A DNA stretch of 64,000 bases, from NCBI GenBank assembly GCA_043228905.1, contig JBHGNT010000006.1, forward strand, positions 9,610,001-9,674,000, read 5' to 3'. This stretch comes from Azolla caroliniana (Eukaryota; Plantae; Polypodiophyta). The position numbers and the translations under genes are program-made. Position 1 is the stretch's first letter, and every line of letters starts with the position of its first letter. This document shows, in pieces, positions 58,001 through 64,000 of this stretch. Below the pieces are notes generated by a model, which worked only from the letters and a program-made list of their open reading frames with translations, was not told the origin of the DNA and did no database searches.

Positions 58001-60556
58001 GGTGGCACCTCGGCCTCACTGACCTCATCATCAGAACTCGGATTGGAGATGAGGTCCAGAGTCGAAAGCAAGTACCAGGACGCGGACTCGTCAAACACAA
58101 CGTCACGGCTCACGTGCGCTTGTTTGGTGCGAGGGTTATAACACTTATAACCCTTCTGCTCGTCTGAGTAGCCGACCAAGATACACTTCTCGGCTTTCAC
58201 ATCGAACTTCCTCCGTTTCTCCTTCAGTACATGCACATATGCAATGCTACCGAAAACTCTCAAGTGTCGTAGATTCAGCTTCCTTCTGAAATACTGCTCA
58301 TGCTCCGACACTTTGTCTCCGATCCAATTCTGGATGTATATTGCGGTTCGTACTGCCTCGGCCCAATAGAACTTGGGCAAGCTCTTCTCCTCCAACATTG
58401 CCCGTGTCGCTTCTACAATTGACCGGTTCTTCCTTTCAGTCACGTCGTTTTGCAGATAGCCGTTGAATTGACTAGAAAAGTATTCTTTTCCACCATCCGA
58501 CCGTAGGCACTTGATCTTTCGTCCTGTTTCCGTTTCCACGAACCCTTTGAGGTCCTGGAAACAGTCGAAGACTTCACTCTTCTTCTCGATGAGATGATCC
58601 ACGTGTGCCACGTATAGTGATCGATGAAGGAGACAAAATATCGACTCCCGCCAAGACTAACGTTCTGTGCCGGCCCCCATACATCGGAATGTATCAAGTC
58701 GAGCTTGTTCCGAGTCCGGTTATGCTCGTTAGGGAAAGGAAGTCGATGTTGCTTCCCGAGTTGGCAGGCTTCACAAATTCGTGCCTTTCGGCCACTAAAT
58801 TTGGGCAATCCGAACACCACCTATTTCAATTGCAGGTCCTGAAGCTGTTGATAGTTGACATGGTCTATCCGCTTATGCCATAAGTTGATATCCGACTCAA
58901 CTTTTTGTCCTTTCGCGAACATTGCAGTGCCACCATCACTAGAGTCAAGGATAAACATCCTCCCGTCTCTGCGCCTTTGCGCAATAACTCGGCCTTCTTC
59001 CTCAATGAAACACCCGAGATGCGTGAACCAGACTTGCATCCCCTGGTCGACGATCTGCCCAACCGAAACCAGATTCTTCGTGATTGTCAAGATGTGTAAC
59101 ACGCTCATAAGTTTCCCTTTATGTCCGACATGGCTCAAGGGAACTTCACCGACATTCGCGATCGGATGTGGAGTGTCATCTCCGGTTGCGACTACTCCTG
59201 GTTGCATCGGTTTTTCCAGGTACGAGAACCACTCCTTGTGGCACATCATGTTGTTTGATGCGCTCGAGTCGACGTACCACATCTCATCCGACTTCGGGGT
59301 GATCTTCTTCATCGAGTTTGCTTCGTGTCTCGTCACGAAGGCAGGCCCTTTTCCGGCTTTTCCGGACCTTGCGACGTAGTGCGATCGCTGCCGATTTCCT
59401 TTGTTGGTTTGTCCGGAGCTTGATCCGGATCCGGTCCTTTCTAAATCGGCGCGCTTTTTCCAGCACTCGCTTTCCCTGTGGCCTTTCTTGCCACAGTACC
59501 AGCATTCCGCAACGGATTTCCCATGCCGGTTCTCGTCGCCTCGGCTCCCCCTGTTTCCGGAGGGTCCGGAATTGTTGTTGGCATCACTTCAGTGCCTTCC
59601 TCCTTGATCCTGTCGGCCGCCCCCATTGCGCACCGACTCGCCTCGTCTGCCATGACCACGGGGCCTATCTCCCTCCGTGTACAACATCTTGCTGTCAGCA
59701 TGCGTGCTCGTCGATGCACCCGCGTGGTTCTCCTCTATAAGGAGCATCGACTCTAAGTCGAAAAACGACAACGTATTCTCCCGTGTATACACAACAGTTC
59801 AGAACGCTCCGAACTTCGATGCCAGTCCCTCAAGACAGATTTGGACCATCTCGCCTTCCTCAACGTTCACATCGATGGAGGCTAAGGAGTCGCATATATC
59901 TTTGATCTTCGAGGTGTAATCAGCCACCGACAAATCGTGTTGTCGTAGGTTGCTCAGCTCTTGTCGGAGTTGAAGCTTTCTGGTTGTAGTGCTCGCGGCG
60001 AAAATCTTCTTCAAATTTCCCCAAGCATCTTTCAACGTTTTTGCATCCCGAATGTAGCTTAGGAGCTGTTCGCCCACACAAGACGTGAAGCAGTACAGTA
60101 CTCTGCTCGCCAACGGTTCCCACGCCGGGGAATCTCTGTGTGTCGATTCGGGTGTTGTGTCATTTGCTCCGTCGACATAGCTCTAGTAACCATGCCCGAG
60201 TAGGTACTGGTGCATCTTGTAGACCAAGACGCATAAAAAAACTCGATTCAAAATAATACTCAATCTGTACATAGGATGTGCTCAGTGACCACTTTTATAC
60301 AAGTCCATACAGACTGACAAAAGTACTAACACGTACTTCAATGCTCATAACTGAGCTCTACGCTAACTCCCAAAATATATTCCTACGCGGAATATCTTTC
60401 CAACGGCCTCGTGGTTTACGCACCGCTACAGCTTCTCGTTATGCACCGGTTTGCGTATTGGTTTATGCACCAGTCCGCCCTAACCGATCGGCCCCAACCG
60501 ATCCGGTTCTCGTCTTGCACAGCCGATCCGGCCAATGTTGAGCTTGTATCTCAACA
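55096..60556 (-). mobile_element. Copia element J, decayed (3' LTR 55096-55543; partly deleted 5' LTR ~60232-60556)
   Basis: TSD ATTAT and PPT ttgagggggag. Gag 59799-60113, PR 'WYVDSSASNNM', IN 57676-58820, RT 'YKARLVAKG..LYVDD' and RH 'YCDN..KHIEVHYHFVRE', with many stops and frameshifts. U5, PBS and gag start are deleted. Confidence 0.92.
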
Positions 60557-61035
60557 ATTATGCTACGCATGTTGCACCTAACTTCAAAACCATATTCTTT
60601 GCAGAACGGGGAAATCGTACACATCGATGCATGTTAGAGTCCATACCGTTATGTGCCATTCAAACCATTGCTTCCATGCGACTTAGCTCACATGCATTGC
60701 GATGTGAGACAGGGCGTTGGGGCACAAGTGATGAGAGTGGTCAGCTATGGACTCTTTGCCCTAAACAAGTTCGCGAGTCTGAGTATCACACTTTGATACA
60801 ATGCTCCGCCTTTGATCACATTCAACCATGCTTTCCACATCTCTTCGACCGAGCCCAATCCTTGCATGAATTCCTCTCACAACCACAATGTGCACTCTCA
60901 ATTGCAACATTCATTGGTAAAGTTCTTGAACATCGAGAGTCACTACTCACTTTCACACGTATCACATGAAATTTAATATTTTTGGTCTCATAGGTCATAT
61001 TTGACCTTCGAAGACAATAATATAATCTATCTATC

Positions 61036-61038
<3 letters not shown>

Positions 61039-61088
<50 letters not shown>
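61039..61088. repeat. (CT)n(CA)n compound microsatellite
   Basis: Directly visible. Confidence 0.95.
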
Positions 61089-61747
61089 TATCGTGGCTTT
61101 CGGCTCCGGATCGTTGCGTGAGTCGGGTGGGAACCACTGAGGTTCTGGACTAGGAGAAAGAAGAATATGAGATAAGGCTAGTAATCAATAGGTAGAAAGA
61201 GAGGCAAGTTATGAATCTCGTGAATCCGATGAGTTTAGTATCTTTAATCAATATTTAGATAGTAAGAGACAATTTAGATGACAAATTCGTGAATCCCACG
61301 AATATATTATATTGGTCCTTCCTTACAAAATAATCAACAACCAAATACATCTTTCTCTCTTCCGTATATGGTGATGGAAGAGGCTAAGCATAGCATCATG
61401 CTTTCCCTAAATTGTTTATGCACGCTACGTGTGCATGAGTTGCCTCCCCTCAACCATGCTTTCCATTTCCTAAATAAAGTGTTCATGCACGCTAAGCATG
61501 CATGAGTAACTTTTCTTTTGTTTGCTTGTTTATTCTAGATAAAGTTTTCACCCCCTCTAAAAGTGCATGATCTGCCTTATTGTAAAAGTAGGCATACATA
61601 TAAGTCATATATCACTTATGATAAGTTATTACAATACTAAAGTTTGGGATATTTACATGGAGGTACAGGGTTCGAATCCTGCCCTATGCATGTAACAATC
61701 TTTTCTTCTATTTACAAATTTGTCTCTTCACCCGGTGAGAGACTCTC
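61089..61747 (-). mobile_element. LTR of the C family, interrupted by Copia K
   Basis: The first ~75 nt match the C LTR start (tcgtg..tttcggctccggatcgtt.gcgtgagtcgggtgggaaccactg). Shares catggaggt..ggttcgaatc.tgccctatgcatgt. Confidence 0.8.
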
Positions 61748-64000
61748 TGTTGAGAATCAAGCTCAACATAGCACAGCGTGTGAACACACCTTTTGAGAAT
61801 CTATGATTACTCAAAGGTCAAGAGTCACACCACTACTCTCTACACATTAACTATGTGTCATAGAATCATATTCTATGACACATAACTAATGAGTTGCACA
61901 TTCGCCATGACTATGAGCCTTCACATTCCCCAAGAGAGAGAGTGGTTGTTGTAAAGTTAATGAAGAGAGAGGGTGACTCTATATAAAGCACCCTCCTCGT
62001 ACTTCATACTAAGTCGGTTGTGACTCCTTGTAACGCTATTTTTTGTATCTCATATTCTACTTGTTAATATACATCTCCTTCTTCTTCTTGAGTATTTCAT
62101 ATTGTCTCTTATTTATCTTGTGTTTCTCTCCTCTCCTCTCTTCTCTCACACATACAAACATAACTCACATCTCTTCTGCTTCACAAGAATCACCATTGAT
62201 TCTTTACATGGTATCAGGGTGATTTGGTAGCTCGATCTAGCCCACTCGCCTCATCATGATCATGTGTTGTGCTCTACGCCGACATTCAAGAAGAACCGGC
62301 TCATCGCTATCGTAGTTCGACTACATAGCTCGTGTTTGAGAGAGAAGGAAAAGAAAAGAAGGAAGAAATCTACATCGACAATGAATACTCAAATGCGGAG
62401 CGCTCTCCCTAGCGAGAAGCTGGATCGCGACAACTTTGCATCTTGGGAGTGCAAGATGCACCAATACCTTGTCGGCCAAGGCTATTGGAGCTACATCAAA
62501 GGAGCACAAGAAAATCGGCCCAACCTAGAAGACGCCGACTATGCAACGTGGGAGCAAGCGGCAAGCCGAGTGATGTATTTCTTGGCGACATGTGTTCACG
62601 ACCACATGTTTGGGTACATTCGAGAAGCTAAGACGCCGAAGAAAGCGTGGAAGAATCTACGAAAGATTTTCGCCGCCAACACTATCGCGAGGAAGCTTCA
62701 ACTCCGCTAAGAGTTGAATAATATCCAACAAAGGGATATGTCTGTCACGAGCTACACCTTGAATATCAAGGAGCTTTGTGATTCGCTCGGCTCGATAAGC
62801 GTAAACATGGAGGATGACGAGATGGTGCAAGTATGTCTCAGCGGCCTTGCACCACAATTCGGCGCGATGCGGATTGTCGTACTAGCACGGGAGAATCCAC
62901 CCTCCTTCTTCGATCTTCAATCCATGTTGTTGGTTAAAGAGTATCATGTTGGAATGAAGAGCAACGCCTCGGAAGGCCACATGCTCTACACGCATTCGGA
63001 CGGAGGAAGAGGACGCGGTTGTGCAAGAAGAGGCCGATTCGGCCAAGGACGAGGCGGACGAGGCCCGACTTACGAAAACAACTCGTAATTTCGGCATCAA
63101 GACGGAAGCCATCGAGGAACCTTCGGAAGAAGGGGGAGCTTCCATTCCGGTCCGAACCGACAAAGCTCGGTCAAATGCGGATATTGCGGAAAAATCGGCC
63201 ACCACGAAGAAGAATGTCGTAAGAAGATACGTGAGTCGGCTTCCACAAGTCGACAACTCAACAACTACGCCATCAACTCCGACTATGATGATCACGGTGG
63301 AATGTTCGTGATGAGACATAGAGCGAATTCTATGTCGACCTCTACTACTACTAGTGCCTCCGGTCTGGAAGAGGTATGGTTTGTCAATTCCGGTGCCTCG
63401 AACCATATGACATCGTATCAAGAATGGTTCCGAGAACATTGAGAGCCAGACCGACCCGGCTATGTCGAAACCGGAGATGACACTACGCACCCGATTCGGC
63501 ACATCGGCAATGTTCTGTTCGAAGAAGAAGGTAAGCAAACTTATATTAAAAATGTCTTGCATGTACCAACTATCACGAAGAATTTGGTCTCCGTCGCCCA
63601 AATTGTAGAGCAAGTACGATTTAATCAAGGTGGTTGCTTCATTGAAAAAGAGGGCCAACTCATCGCTCGCGGACGAAGAGAGGGACGAATGTTCATTCTC
63701 GACTCACACGAGATAATATCGGCCATGTTTGCAAAGGGCATGAAAGCCGATTCCGACATAGAGTTATGGCACAAGCGGAGCCATATCAACCTCCAAAAGC
63801 TCAAGGCAATGCAATCGAAAGGAGTCGTCGTCGGGCTCCCGACATTCACGGAGAGAGAGATTGAAGGTGTGTGTGCCGCTTGCCAATTCGGCCAGCAACA
63901 TCGGCACCCATTTCCGAAGGAGCGAAACGTGAGCAAAGGCGTACTCGACATAATTCATTCCGATGTATGGGGTTCGGCTCAAACGGCGACATTCGGCGTA
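61748..64000 (+). mobile_element. Copia element K, 5' part (LTR 61748-62208, PBS, gag, PR, GAG-pre-integrase), running off the window
   Basis: TG...tttaCA followed by TGGTATCAG. Gag ORFs 62264-63088 have TAA stops. Motifs 'WFVNSGASNHMT', 'LWHKR' and 'IHSDVWG'. Confidence 0.9.

Larger units (their letters stand above)
51465..61038 (+). mobile_element. 5'-truncated LINE (RTEX/CR1-group-like 3' end) in three pieces: 51465-51550, 55080-55095 and 60557-61038
   Basis: Removing C and J gives 'HDASLDSSVNEAFLQ...GSRFTHYATHVAPNF...MRLSSHALRCETGRW...LCPKQVRESEYHTLIQC'. Has a (CTAT)n tail and (CT)n on both sides. Confidence 0.7.

Noticed and set aside
25750-63982. Numerous antisense or alternate-frame ORFs over retroelement genes (e.g. 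52853-53479, 55562-56260, 62882-63658)
   Set aside because: Shadows of the coding strand with no independent domain signatures.

Overview
Eukaryotic land-plant genomic DNA. A non-seed plant such as a fern, lycophyte or bryophyte is plausible from the Tcn1/Tf1-like chromoviruses, but this is inference. Only two host genes are evident, in a gene island at about 5.8-13 kb: a cold-shock-domain/glycine-rich protein (6295-6756) and a two-exon plastid DUF177/YceD 23S-rRNA accumulation factor (10907-12704). Most of the rest is nested transposons whose boundaries can be read from TG...CA LTR ends and target-site duplications (TSDs). These are a decayed MULE transposase; three Copia elements plus two lone Copia-type LTRs; a 30-kb Gypsy (tRNA-Trp PBS, 4-bp TSD) holding four younger insertions, two of which are apparently intact self-priming chromoviruses; an Athila/Tat-like family with a long extra 3' ORF; two gag-only non-autonomous elements; and a truncated LINE. 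The most unusual signals are: (i) tRNA-like Pol III A-box/B-box modules in the LTRs of several Gypsy families, always antisense to the element; (ii) an LTR family with no polypurine tract, where an inverted PBS-like, CCA-ending hairpin sits beside the 3' LTR; (iii) covarying Tf1-type self-priming sites and a GUUAAAC-plus-pseudoknot -1 frameshift signal in the intact chromoviruses. All calls are by eye; no searches were run.
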